Virus record (IMG/VR): IMGVR_UViG_3300049491_000195
Coordinates: 1-60,746 of that record
Direction: 5' to 3' (one strand)
Length of the DNA: 60,746 nt
Origin: a virus
Lineage: Duplodnaviria; Caudoviricetes
Shown here: positions 1 to 8,820 of the stretch, in pieces
Numbering within the stretch: position 1 is the stretch's first letter
Layout: every line of letters starts with the position of its first letter
Notes under the pieces: model-generated
The model's input: the letters and a program-made list of their open reading frames with translations, nothing else
The model's database searches: none
What the model was told of the DNA's origin: nothing
Translations under genes and position numbers: made by a program

Positions 1-206
1 TCGAAAGTCATCCAATCACCTGCATCAAAGAATGTGTCGCAGAATGAGCACGCTAGGTTGCACTTTGTCAGTCTAAGGAAGAATGCTGGTTTGCCAGCAT
101 ACGGACCCTCACCCTGCAATGTAAAGAACATGCTGGTAACAAACAACGCCTCCGGCGGAGCATCTTTAAAGTATTTCTGACCTACAATCTCATTTGTTCC
201 AAACAT
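1..206 (-). CDS. queE: 7-carboxy-7-deazaguanine synthase (radical SAM), 5' part; runs off the window
   Basis: Manual translation MFGTNEIVGQKYFKDAPPEALFVTSMFFTLQGEGPYAGKPAFFLRLTKCNLACSFCDTFF has the F-x-T-LQGEG and CxxxCxxCDT signatures; AAGGAG RBS upstream. Confidence 0.92.
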   Translation of the reverse strand, partial: MFGTNEIVGQKYFKDAPPEALFVTSMFFTLQGEGPYAGKPAFFLRLTKCNLACSFCDTFFDAGDWMTF

Positions 207-241
207 CTTATCTCCTTATGCTATAAAACAAAAATCCCGTA

Positions 242-418
242 TTACGGGACCAGTGTTTCTTTGTTGTAATTTTTTATCTCTCGCTTGAGAATTTTTAACG
301 CATCTTCCTTACGTTTCCATGCAAACTCAAGTGAAGGTCCCCAGGAAAAGTCTTCCACATCGGGTTTGCATTCTCTCAAAGATTCTTCTATCTGCTTTAG
401 TTCCTGTAGAGTCAGCAT
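242..418 (-). CDS. hypothetical protein
   Basis: ORF track; likely start MLTLQEL; packed between neighbours. Confidence 0.55.
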   Translation of the reverse strand: MLTLQELKQIEESLRECKPDVEDFSWGPSLEFAWKRKEDALKILKREIKNYNKETLVP

Positions 419-420
419 AT

Positions 421-618
421 TTACTCTTCGTGTGCCTCCACACCCCATACATCTTTGTTTAGAACTGCATCTTCGTCGGCTATCCAGATTTTTCCAACTT
501 GTTCATTATCATCGGGTTCAAACAACCTAAAGATATCACCCTCGCATATTTTAGACATTGATGTATTCATCCATATACCATTTTCTAATCTCTCAACTAC
601 TCTTAAATCAAGAGTCAT
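421..618 (-). CDS. hypothetical protein
   Basis: ORF track; likely start MTLDLRV. Confidence 0.6.
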   Translation of the reverse strand: MTLDLRVVERLENGIWMNTSMSKICEGDIFRLFEPDDNEQVGKIWIADEDAVLNKDVWGVEAHEE

Positions 619-1237
619 GCCTGCCACCCTTTAGCTTTTCTACAATTTTAGACGCTTGTAACAGATAAGTCAAGTCCTCTGCTGTTAAGGAGCCCTTTTC
701 TTTTGCGATTGCAATTAAGTCCTCAAATACGCTATCACGCATTTCAAGTTTAACTCTCTTTGTAACACCTGCTGAAAGTTCAGCACCAATACTGATAGCT
801 TGTCCGAATGCTTCGGCAGCCGCATCAACATCGACCTTATCATTCCAAGTAACAGATCCATCAATGTTCAGTCTAACAATTTCTGTACCACTATTGCTAA
901 GAGCAATAATACTTGTCGGTTTGGGTGGTGAAAATGTAATGGTCCCAAAACCACCAGCAAATGAACCACCGCCACCACCGGCCATAACACCAGCACCGCT
1001 ACCAACGGCAGTAATATACGAGCCAGAATATACAGGTGCTGGCGCAGCGGCTGTAGCACCAACAGACGAAAACCAAGATGATGGTGCTGCTGCGGTTGTG
1101 GGATAAACAGACATTGACGAAAGAGTCGATGACAATGTTGCCATCTTTTCATCTAGATCACGTTGAACTTCATCACTGAGTTCTTCCATAGTTTTGTCCC
1201 TTTTGCGCTTAAAGTAATCTAACCACTTGCTGCTCAT
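608..1237 (-). CDS. hypothetical protein with Ser/Ala/Gly-rich middle
   Basis: ORF track; likely start MSSKWLDY overlapping the stop of the upstream gene (ATGA). Confidence 0.7.
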   Translation of the reverse strand: MSSKWLDYFKRKRDKTMEELSDEVQRDLDEKMATLSSTLSSMSVYPTTAAAPSSWFSSVGATAAAPAPVYSGSYITAVGSGAGVMAGGGGGSFAGGFGTITFSPPKPTSIIALSNSGTEIVRLNIDGSVTWNDKVDVDAAAEAFGQAISIGAELSAGVTKRVKLEMRDSVFEDLIAIAKEKGSLTAEDLTYLLQASKIVEKLKGGRHDS

Positions 1238-1536
1238 TTTGCACCTACAGTATCTGCCCAGGTCCACATATAACGTGAAAGGCGCGCCATCTTAGCTACC
1301 TTCGCCTTTTCTAATCCCTCATCAGTAATGCCGATATTGGCTTCTTTGATAAGTTGAACTAGAGCTAGAACATCTCCCAGTTCCATTTCCAGGTTCTGAA
1401 GATTATTTAGCTCTGAACCGTCTCTTCTGTTAGTAAGTCCGAAACGTTTGATCTTAGATGCGGCTTGAATTACTTCAGCACATTCCTCCTGCAGAATGTT
1501 GAGACATTCTTCTTGGTGTTCATTTACTTGTTTCAA
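1234..1536 (-). CDS. MazG-like NTP pyrophosphohydrolase
   Basis: LQEECAEVIQAASK...LEMELGDVLA acidic motifs; probable TTG start. Confidence 0.75.
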   Translation of the reverse strand: MKQVNEHQEECLNILQEECAEVIQAASKIKRFGLTNRRDGSELNNLQNLEMELGDVLALVQLIKEANIGITDEGLEKAKVAKMARLSRYMWTWADTVGAK

Positions 1537-2500
1537 AATACTTTCCTTTAGTCTGTTCCCAATCCCAGGCGTGGGCAATAATATCTCGTATATCATACTC
1601 TGGTGTCCAATCTAACACGTTCTTAGCATGAGAAATGTCAGCTACCAACATTGCTGGATCGCCAGCTCGCCTTGGTGCATAAACAACTGTTGGAGTCTTT
1701 CCTACAACCTGTCCTGCATATTTTACCAATTCTTTTACACTAACACCGGAGCTACCGCCACCAATGTTAAAGGTTTGGTTCGCTAATTGGTTATCGAAAA
1801 GTTCTATGGCCTTTGCGTGTGCTCTTGCCAAATCCTGCACGTGAACATAGTCACGCACACAAGTACCGTCATTGGTTGAATAGTCCGAACCATAGATTGT
1901 AAATGGTTCCTCGTTCAGAATCTTGTTGCATAGAATTGGAATAACATGTGTAGCAGGACGCTGCACATAACCGAAACGTGCATGTGGATCTGCACCGGCT
2001 GCATTAAAGTAGCGGAAGGTTACATACTTCATACCGTATGCCCTTGAATAATCCTTGATTAAAAGTTCACCTGCAACCTTTGTACTTGCATATGGATTCT
2101 CTGGATCATAATATAGGTTTTCACGCAGTGGACCTGCGGCACCTTGTCTTCCATAAGTGTTGCCACTTGAACTAAAGACAATATTCTTGATCTTACGTGT
2201 GTGCATAACATCAAGCAGCGCCTTCATTTTTACCACGTTATTTGTGTAATACTTCTTCGGTTCAGAGACACTTTGCTCAACGAGATGTTCTGCTGCGAGG
2301 TGTATTACAGTATCGAAGGTTTCTTCTGTTGTTGAGATGAAATCTAGGTAATCTTCAACTTTGTAAACATTTGGAAAGAAGTGTACCGGATTAGCCCTGT
2401 CTACAATTGTAACATTATGCCCGGCATTGGCTAATTCCCAAGCTACTTGAGTTCCAACAAACCCGCCACCACCTGTAATTAAAATTCTATGTTTGATCAT
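1520..2500 (-). CDS. galE: UDP-glucose 4-epimerase
   Basis: ILITGGGGFVG NAD-binding loop, HLAA, YASTK (YxxxK), RYFNAAGA, DGTCVRDYVHV, RRAGDP. Confidence 0.93.
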   Translation of the reverse strand: MIKHRILITGGGGFVGTQVAWELANAGHNVTIVDRANPVHFFPNVYKVEDYLDFISTTEETFDTVIHLAAEHLVEQSVSEPKKYYTNNVVKMKALLDVMHTRKIKNIVFSSSGNTYGRQGAAGPLRENLYYDPENPYASTKVAGELLIKDYSRAYGMKYVTFRYFNAAGADPHARFGYVQRPATHVIPILCNKILNEEPFTIYGSDYSTNDGTCVRDYVHVQDLARAHAKAIELFDNQLANQTFNIGGGSSGVSVKELVKYAGQVVGKTPTVVYAPRRAGDPAMLVADISHAKNVLDWTPEYDIRDIIAHAWDWEQTKGKYFETSK

Positions 2501-2732
2501 TTCCTAGTACCAGCCTTTCGATAAGTTTATACTCGCGATATGCCTCAGCGAGTGCAGGATACTTAGCCAAAGTCTCAGCAGGCGGATCAATAATCAATAA
2601 ACGCTTCTCAACTATCCTCAGTCGTTCATCTAAATCCATCGCTGGAATAGAATTAACAACATTAGCCCTTGAATAGAATTCGGACCAGTCTCGCGTATCT
2701 TGATTGAAATCACTTTTTATTAGCTTGGTCAT
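2487..2732 (-). CDS. hypothetical protein (YPAL-motif family)
   Basis: C-terminus EKRLLIIDP...KYPALAEAYREYKLIERL is paralogous to the next ORF. Confidence 0.7.
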   Translation of the reverse strand: MTKLIKSDFNQDTRDWSEFYSRANVVNSIPAMDLDERLRIVEKRLLIIDPPAETLAKYPALAEAYREYKLIERLVLGNDQT

Positions 2733-3021
2733 TTACTAACTTTTCAATAAGTTTGTAATGGTCGTATGCTTCTTGCAAGGCAGGAAACCTTGCCTGTAAA
2801 TCCTCATTTGGAATTACAATAGCAAGGCGTTTCTCAATTTCAACCATCCTGGCCGATAGTTCTTTGAACTCTTTATTTTCCGGAAGATTTAGTTCCAGTG
2901 ATTGCCATCCGGTTGATCCGGTAATGCTGATTCCTTCTCCAGCTACTAAGACTTGGCCAGCCATTCCCCCGGAAGGAACACCAAAATTCCATGGATCACC
3001 ACATGTTGCTTCTGTACTCAT
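2710..3021 (-). CDS. hypothetical protein (YPAL-motif family)
   Basis: EKRLAIVIPN...RFPALQEAYDHYKLIEKL. Confidence 0.7.
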   Translation of the reverse strand: MSTEATCGDPWNFGVPSGGMAGQVLVAGEGISITGSTGWQSLELNLPENKEFKELSARMVEIEKRLAIVIPNEDLQARFPALQEAYDHYKLIEKLVNDQANKK

Positions 3022-3251
3022 ACTCTATACTTTATTTTGAAAAATAATGCGTCATCAGATTCCTCAAACGCAAAATAAATCCATTCGTTATCCTCGGACC
3101 GGCCAACATCAACAGAACCATGACTGTTGACTTGTGCCCATTCTAATTTCTCGAAAAAATCATGAGAGTATTTCGATTTAACTACTACCTTGTATTTCTT
3201 ATCAAATTTAGGCTCCGGGCTCGAAATACAGTGTTGCACCGTTTTCTCCAT
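3018..3251 (-). CDS. small protein of the F-x-F-xx-E-x-DA-xx-F family
   Basis: C-terminal IYFAFEESDDALFFKIKY; start uncertain. Confidence 0.6.
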   Translation of the reverse strand: MEKTVQHCISSPEPKFDKKYKVVVKSKYSHDFFEKLEWAQVNSHGSVDVGRSEDNEWIYFAFEESDDALFFKIKYRV

Positions 3252-3606
3252 CTTCGCTGACTTCGACGGAAATTTTTCTGCCAGGATACTTTTTAGATAT
3301 GTAATCAATCAAATCCTCTGCCAACATCTCACAGCTCTTATGATCAATCTCGAGAATGGATTGGCTATATTGATTCTCAAGTTCTCTTTTGAACTGAATA
3401 AATTCAATATCTCTATCATTATGCACAACCGAAATAGTTACACGGAAATGAAATATATGTCTGTGTGGGCTTGCTAGAAAGCTAACATCAAGCCATTTTC
3501 TAGCAGGATCTTTTGACGTGTTTAGCTTTGGATCCGTTTCGGCTGCTGGATAACGGTGTATCCCTTCCTTCTGGAAAGTTACAAAAACTGTTCTTTCTGA
3601 AATCAT
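3208..3606 (-). CDS. QueD-like / 6-pyruvoyl-tetrahydropterin synthase-like T-fold protein
   Basis: H...HRH (cf. HGH), SCE (cf. TxE), C-terminal V-x-V-x-E pattern, size 132 aa, and queE context. Confidence 0.65.
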   Translation of the reverse strand: MISERTVFVTFQKEGIHRYPAAETDPKLNTSKDPARKWLDVSFLASPHRHIFHFRVTISVVHNDRDIEFIQFKRELENQYSQSILEIDHKSCEMLAEDLIDYISKKYPGRKISVEVSEDGENGATLYFEPGA

Positions 3607-4436
3607 TTCTTCTTTGTTCCCTTCTTGCTGCCTTCCTTGCTTAATGGGTCGGAAGTAGTGCCATCGGCATATATTTCAGCCGCTGCGGCTGCCGAAGCGG
3701 GAGTTACCTTAGCAATAACTTCTTCCGGATCAGGCTTCAGTGAAGACTTAGATTCGAGATCAAGCCCAAGAGTTGCATCATTAAATCCTGCCAATACGTC
3801 TGGATCTTGTAAGGCTTTAACTTCTATCGGGTGTAATGTGCTTAGATCTACAGTCTTACGCATTTCTCTCATCTCTGTAGAAACTTGTGGCTGTGGTGCA
3901 TATGGTGGCATTGGTGTTGGCTTGTCATCCAGTGTGATAACAACATCAGAACCGTACTCAACCCAATCAGTGAAACGATTGCTGTCTGTAACTTCATGGA
4001 AGTGCATACACCATACGCCGGGGTTGGTTCCCTTAAAGTCAATATCATCAATCTTAACTGTTAGATTAGGACTTGATGTTTGTACGCTTGGAATGCGAAC
4101 GCTCAGCAATGGTACAAACATGCGCGATTGCCAGATGCCCTTGTTTAGCATTCCTAGCACCTTTTCGTGTAGGTGTGCTTGATAATCCAATGTTACCCAA
4201 AATCCACGATCCAGTAATGCGGTGATTGTCATATCCCAATATGCATCAACAGTGCTTTCAAATGAGTGGTTTGCACCCATAAAGATATGTGGTGCCTTGT
4301 GTTGGCGTGCTAGATCAACAATTTCGTCGACCGGTTGTTTGCCAACAACAAAGAGTGTCTTCTTAGAATAGGCAGGAGTATGTTCTACTTCTGGTCCTAC
4401 AAAATACATGATATCGTTGTGTCCGTCTCTGTTCAT
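3603..4436 (-). CDS. hypothetical protein in the base-modification cluster
   Basis: Likely start MNRDGH with GAGGA RBS; globular N-terminal domain plus low-complexity tail. Confidence 0.7.
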   Translation of the reverse strand: MNRDGHNDIMYFVGPEVEHTPAYSKKTLFVVGKQPVDEIVDLARQHKAPHIFMGANHSFESTVDAYWDMTITALLDRGFWVTLDYQAHLHEKVLGMLNKGIWQSRMFVPLLSVRIPSVQTSSPNLTVKIDDIDFKGTNPGVWCMHFHEVTDSNRFTDWVEYGSDVVITLDDKPTPMPPYAPQPQVSTEMREMRKTVDLSTLHPIEVKALQDPDVLAGFNDATLGLDLESKSSLKPDPEEVIAKVTPASAAAAAEIYADGTTSDPLSKEGSKKGTKKK

Positions 4437-4449
4437 AATTTTTCCTCGT

Positions 4450-5628
4450 TTAAAACTTGGCAACGCTAACATACTTTCTGTAGTCGTTTCCGTTTCTGGC
4501 CCATTGTTCTCCCTTACCCTCAAATACATCAACAGTTCTGTCAATCGTACCATTTTGCCAATGGCTAATCATTCCTGTCTCATATGTTGTTGGCTTTAGG
4601 AACATATTTTCTAACCTGTCCGCAGCATCCTCGACGCTCCACGGAATGTACATATTCTTAGCATTGTTGGCAAACACTTCAGGGAAACTGCGATATGCAG
4701 GATATAGAGTGAGAGTGCCAAATGTATCAGCTTCGCTTACTGTATTACTTACCCAGTCTTGAAGTGCGCAGTTAAATAAAACGACAGAATCCGCTAAAAG
4801 ACGGTAATAATCGTTCTTTTTCAAGCCAGTATACACTTTAAAGTTGGCATTCTTGCTATTTTCTAGTGCTTTTGCACGTTCTACATAAGCTGGGTTATTA
4901 CTCTTCAATTCTGGATGGCCACAGAATACAGCAAACTCTACAAGTGGGTGAGTCTTATAGAACCTCTCAGCCAAATCCATGTAAAAATTCGGCTGCTTCT
5001 CATCATCCCAGCGTGCGGCAAAACCTACTCGCTTTGTTCTGTTTACCAATGGCATTTGCAGTGGAACACGCTCTAAAACCTCACCTTTACCAAACGGTAA
5101 ACCGGTGACATAGATAGGTGCCTTCATTCCTGCAATGCGTAGATGTGCAACCATCTCTTCGCTTGCCACAAGGATACCATCTACAAACTCGTCTACCATC
5201 TGCTCAAACTTACGCATCCAGTTTGCCATACCTTCGCGGTTGACAAAATCATCCGGATCAATGGATTGTGCCAAGCAACGAACATAAACACGTGGCCTAT
5301 ATTCTGCAGGAACTTGGTCGAGGATATACGGTAGACTCTCGATACCAGGGGTGAACATATCTTCATAAAAAATAACGTCATCCGAAGTAATCTTACCTTC
5401 CTTCATCATCTTGATAAGGTTGGCAGTTTGCATCATGCTGTAATATGTGCGTCCGTGTGCATCGAGCACACTACCTGTCACAATTTTCTTGTCCGTAGTT
5501 AATTCAGCACCAGTGACCAATTCATAGTCAATACCACGGCGCTTAAACACACGTTCATTCCAGTCTTGTAATTGAAGTGTGTAACGTGCCTCATAAGACT
5601 CAAGTCCCATGTAAATTAATTTTCTCAT
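4450..5628 (-). CDS. GT-B fold glycosyltransferase (group 1-like)
   Basis: VGFAARWDDEKQP, YYRLLADS..., QDWVSNTVSEA (E-x7-E-like), YRSFPE. Confidence 0.75.
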   Translation of the reverse strand: MRKLIYMGLESYEARYTLQLQDWNERVFKRRGIDYELVTGAELTTDKKIVTGSVLDAHGRTYYSMMQTANLIKMMKEGKITSDDVIFYEDMFTPGIESLPYILDQVPAEYRPRVYVRCLAQSIDPDDFVNREGMANWMRKFEQMVDEFVDGILVASEEMVAHLRIAGMKAPIYVTGLPFGKGEVLERVPLQMPLVNRTKRVGFAARWDDEKQPNFYMDLAERFYKTHPLVEFAVFCGHPELKSNNPAYVERAKALENSKNANFKVYTGLKKNDYYRLLADSVVLFNCALQDWVSNTVSEADTFGTLTLYPAYRSFPEVFANNAKNMYIPWSVEDAADRLENMFLKPTTYETGMISHWQNGTIDRTVDVFEGKGEQWARNGNDYRKYVSVAKF

Positions 5629-5876
5629 AGCTGCAACCCTTTTCTAATAGCTAATACTGTCAATTCTTCGCCGCTCAGTACAACAGTGTTTTCTGGAGTT
5701 GTTCTAATCGGGCCACCATTCTTAAAGTCTAGTTCAGTAACTACAATAGACTTTCTATTCATCTTTACAACCTTGCAAATTTTCATTCTACCAGAAACGG
5801 CGACAAGCAGCCTCGATTTCTCTGTAATCGGCTGATTGAAAAAATCTACGTATTCTGTATTAGGTTCCGGAATCAT
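5625..5876 (-). CDS. small SH3/KOW-like protein, paralogue of 6145..6390
   Basis: DFFNQPI..., ICKVVKMNRK, VVLSGEE align with the paralogue. Confidence 0.65.
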   Translation of the reverse strand: MIPEPNTEYVDFFNQPITEKSRLLVAVSGRMKICKVVKMNRKSIVVTELDFKNGGPIRTTPENTVVLSGEELTVLAIRKGLQL

Positions 5877-6144
5877 TTTTCTTAATCGGGAGTGTGTGAA
5901 TTTCACCAACGGGACCAGTCATCGGCTGAACACCTATAATCTCATTTGCAATCAGTGTAGGTAATACTTTCCTAATCATTGGCATAACTATTCTGCGAAA
6001 ATCATCCGGTGGCGTTGGATGGGTTGCAAGACGACGGACAATTTCGTCCGCTTCTTCTTCTTTGGTCATTGGTACTTTAGGCTTCTCAACCTGGTTAACC
6101 TCGGACAATATCTTCTTTAAATCTTGAAATTCTTTATCAAACAC
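5860..6144 (-). CDS. small protein carrying an N-terminal fragment of the gp23-type major capsid protein
   Basis: RIVMPMIRKVLPTLIANEIIGVQPMTGPVGEIHTL matches the conserved gp23 motif (T4 VRRAIPNLIAFDICGVQPM). Confidence 0.8.
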   Translation of the reverse strand: MFDKEFQDLKKILSEVNQVEKPKVPMTKEEEADEIVRRLATHPTPPDDFRRIVMPMIRKVLPTLIANEIIGVQPMTGPVGEIHTLPIKKNDSGT

Positions 6145-6390
6145 TTATCCGCCCGCATTTTTTAATATGTATGCGAGCGCATCGGGGCCCGACAGCAATA
6201 CTGATTGGCTTGCATAAATGAGATATCCATCACCGTTGCGATGCTTGATAGGCATCACTCTCATCATTTTAGGATTAAGTTTTGTGATGGAACATATATG
6301 CATGGCATTATGATGAGAGATGGCAACGTAATTGCCCTCACTAAGTGGTTGTCCGAGGATGTCGGTGTGAATAGGTTTTTCTTTTGCCAT
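6145..6390 (-). CDS. small SH3/KOW-like protein, paralogue of 5625..5876
   Basis: DILGQPL..., ICSITKLNPK, VLLSGPD. Confidence 0.7.
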   Translation of the reverse strand: MAKEKPIHTDILGQPLSEGNYVAISHHNAMHICSITKLNPKMMRVMPIKHRNGDGYLIYASQSVLLSGPDALAYILKNAGG

Positions 6391-6623
6391 TGTGTCGCTG
6401 TAACTAATATCTGCTCATCAATTTCTTTTGCAATCTCAGCAGATAACGCCTCCATTATTTCTTTTTCTAAATCAAGTCCATGATAAGTTTCTAGGTCTTT
6501 TACGGATTCGATAGTCCACGTGGCCTCTAATCTACGGCCTTTCTTCTTCGGCGGAGTAGAAAGACGTTTGATAATCTCATCAGCTTCCTCTTCCCGAGTT
6601 AAGACTTTCTTCTCATCCGACAT
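6264..6623 (-). CDS. small protein carrying an internal fragment of the gp23-type major capsid protein
   Basis: RRLEATWTIESVKDLETYHGLDLEKEIMEALSAEIAKEIDEQIL matches gp23 (T4 RQLKAAYSIELAQDLRAVHGMDADAELSGILATEIMLEINREVV); 3' end overlaps the next gene by 127 nt. Confidence 0.78.
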   Translation of the reverse strand: MSDEKKVLTREEEADEIIKRLSTPPKKKGRRLEATWTIESVKDLETYHGLDLEKEIMEALSAEIAKEIDEQILVTATQWQKKNLFTPTSSDNHLVRAITLPSLIIMPCIYVPSQNLILK

Positions 6624-6897
6624 AGTCGATTTTGCGGATAAGTTTGTCTCCCATCCAGAAAGAACCTTCGCCGGTTGTTTCGGCATCCTTAAGCATCTTC
6701 CGATACTCTGCTTTTGTGATAGCTCTGGTATCAACAATTGTTTCTCCCAGGTGTTTCTGACTGAATTCCCCGAATGTGTCATCCGGATCACCCGAATCAA
6801 TCATTGTAACTTCGTCTTCGGCATGCGAAGCTTCCTTTGCGTCAATTACGTAACGCATACGCATGGTAACAATTGTGTCAACTACAAATAGTGGCAT
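6613..6897 (-). CDS. hypothetical protein
   Basis: ORF with RBS, tightly packed. Confidence 0.7.
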   Translation of the reverse strand: MPLFVVDTIVTMRMRYVIDAKEASHAEDEVTMIDSGDPDDTFGEFSQKHLGETIVDTRAITKAEYRKMLKDAETTGEGSFWMGDKLIRKIDYVG

Positions 6898-6899
6898 GA

Positions 6900-7370
6900 T
6901 TAGTATCCTCTCCAGAATTCTTCTGTTTTGTCATCTTTGGCGTCGATGCCGGCCAGCGCATTCTTAGTTTTCTCTTGTTGAGCAAGATCATATTCCAAAT
7001 CAATACGCTTCTTAAGGAATGAACGAATTGTATCTCGTTCAGCCCATATAAATGTTTCAAATCGGTGTAGACCATTGCACGGGCAATCCTCAACGAAGTT
7101 AATGCTGTTGAGTGTATGCCCCATAACACAATCCCAATCCCAGTGCAGAACTACACCTTCGGGGTTGTCTTTGTATTCCTGTTCGCAGTGCTCTTTCCAA
7201 CCTAAACCGCCATCGTCATCACCAAGGTAAGATTCGGCTGTTGGGCACAGGTGCATTCTTCCACACCATCCACATTCCATATCCGGTGACCCGGCACCAT
7301 TCTGTATCGAATCAACAAACATCTGCGATGGTGGCTTATCGTCTGTTCTGTATTCTTTCTTCGAGGTCAT
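6900..7370 (-). CDS. hypothetical Cys-rich (possible Zn-binding) protein
   Basis: CGWCGRMHLC and DCPCNG motifs. Confidence 0.65.
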   Translation of the reverse strand: MTSKKEYRTDDKPPSQMFVDSIQNGAGSPDMECGWCGRMHLCPTAESYLGDDDGGLGWKEHCEQEYKDNPEGVVLHWDWDCVMGHTLNSINFVEDCPCNGLHRFETFIWAERDTIRSFLKKRIDLEYDLAQQEKTKNALAGIDAKDDKTEEFWRGY

Positions 7371-7548
7371 ATATTCTTTTTTCTAAACGTACCATTTCTT
7401 TGCGCCAAGAATCATGTAAACCCAAATAATAATCCCTTTGCCGTTCATCCAATGAGAATATAAATTCAGCATTGCGTTGAATAGCTGACTTGATTGCTAT
7501 TTCTATTTCGCTATCAGATTTGCACCATGCTATAAATCTTTTTATCAT
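7336..7548 (-). CDS. hypothetical protein
   Basis: ORF overlapping both neighbours. Confidence 0.55.
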   Translation of the reverse strand: MIKRFIAWCKSDSEIEIAIKSAIQRNAEFIFSLDERQRDYYLGLHDSWRKEMVRLEKRIYDLEERIQNRR

Positions 7549-8372
7549 ATTTCAAAGTCTTTTGCTTCATCAAACGAGCGTTTAAATCCGGATGCGTGTT
7601 CGTGTCCGCCACCGCCGAATTGTACAGCAATTTCGCCTACATGTATACCGCCTTCTAAGGACCTAAGCCCAAACTCGCGATGTGTTGGTTTGTCGTAATA
7701 ATACGCCGCAAACGGTTCATTTTCCGCCAGTAGCATACACATATCCGAACCATATTGATAGGGCACGTTGGCACATGGCACATTGTATCCTGCGATGTTC
7801 ATTCGCCTGACCACAACACCCATGAGTTCGCGGACGTCTTTCGCCATCCTTCGCTCAATTGCCGTTCCTTCTAGGATTTGCTGATCCAAACGCTGGTTCA
7901 TTAGCATATTCCAATTTTCAAATGTATATGCGTAACTGAACATATTGGCAGCAATTTCGCGTGTACCAGGAAGGTTAAATTTCCAACGGTCGCGGTCGTC
8001 AACGTGTTTGATTATGTCCGGAACGTCTGCATTAGGGAAGAAATACTTCCACGTAAGCATTGCACCACTCTCGGTGTTTTCCGGACTATAGAATTTTTCT
8101 AACTTGGGAGATTCAAAACCAGCCATTGCCTTGATAGCTGTGTCATGGTGGTCTATGTGGATGACCTTAAAGGCCTTCGCCACAATCTCTTCCATGATCT
8201 CACGTGAGTAACTGAAATCTACAATAAAGACAATCTTGCCAGTTACATCTGGTGGAGAATCTCTGTAGAACCCTGCGTGGAATGCTGTGTTAGGATGAAC
8301 TTTCTTTACGACCCAGGCTGCGGTAAATCCGTCAGCGCAATTTCCGTGATATATGCATAACTTCTGGATCAT
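7545..8372 (-). CDS. DHH/DHHA1 family phosphoesterase
   Basis: YHGNCADG, IVDFS, IDHH, DDRDRW, GGGGHEHASGF. Confidence 0.9.
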   Translation of the reverse strand: MIQKLCIYHGNCADGFTAAWVVKKVHPNTAFHAGFYRDSPPDVTGKIVFIVDFSYSREIMEEIVAKAFKVIHIDHHDTAIKAMAGFESPKLEKFYSPENTESGAMLTWKYFFPNADVPDIIKHVDDRDRWKFNLPGTREIAANMFSYAYTFENWNMLMNQRLDQQILEGTAIERRMAKDVRELMGVVVRRMNIAGYNVPCANVPYQYGSDMCMLLAENEPFAAYYYDKPTHREFGLRSLEGGIHVGEIAVQFGGGGHEHASGFKRSFDEAKDFEI

Positions 8373-8587
8373 TCATTTCCCTCTAACACAACCTGGAGGG
8401 ATGCCTTTGCAAATATATCAAAGCGTTCTCTGTTCGCATCGATGAATTGCTCTGCCATCAGCAACGCAACTCCATCAACATTTCCAACGCCTATTTCTTC
8501 AATGTTCTTTGTGTAACTTTCTAACGCAAGTTGAATTGCGGAAACGGCTTCTTGAGCTGTTACGGGATAAACTGTCAAATCTCTCAT
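8369..8587 (-). CDS. hypothetical protein
   Basis: ORF track, coupled start/stop. Confidence 0.6.
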   Translation of the reverse strand: MRDLTVYPVTAQEAVSAIQLALESYTKNIEEIGVGNVDGVALLMAEQFIDANRERFDIFAKASLQVVLEGNE

Positions 8588-8820
8588 TATCTTCCTTTCT
8601 TACTTTTAGCATTTTTATGCCTTACTATACGCCCATATGGCCGTCGAGGTCTAGATACGTATTTTGGAGATTGATCAGTGAACATGGAATGTGCCAAAAT
8701 CATACCATTGGCCATTCCATGCATATAATCTACAGCATTGCCGGAACCATCGATACAATTTTTTTGTGTACCTATCAATGATTCTAGCAATGAAAGTTTT
8801 TCTTGTAGAGTCTTATTCAT
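8587..8820 (-). CDS. hypothetical protein
   Basis: ORF track; YMHGMANGMILA motif. Confidence 0.6.
   Translation of the reverse strand: MNKTLQEKLSLLESLIGTQKNCIDGSGNAVDYMHGMANGMILAHSMFTDQSPKYVSRPRRPYGRIVRHKNAKSKKGR

Noticed and set aside
1140-1190. ELSDEVQRDLDEKM in ORF 608-1237 as a third gp23 fragment
   Set aside because: Only a weak resemblance to the EI..EID helix; too short to support
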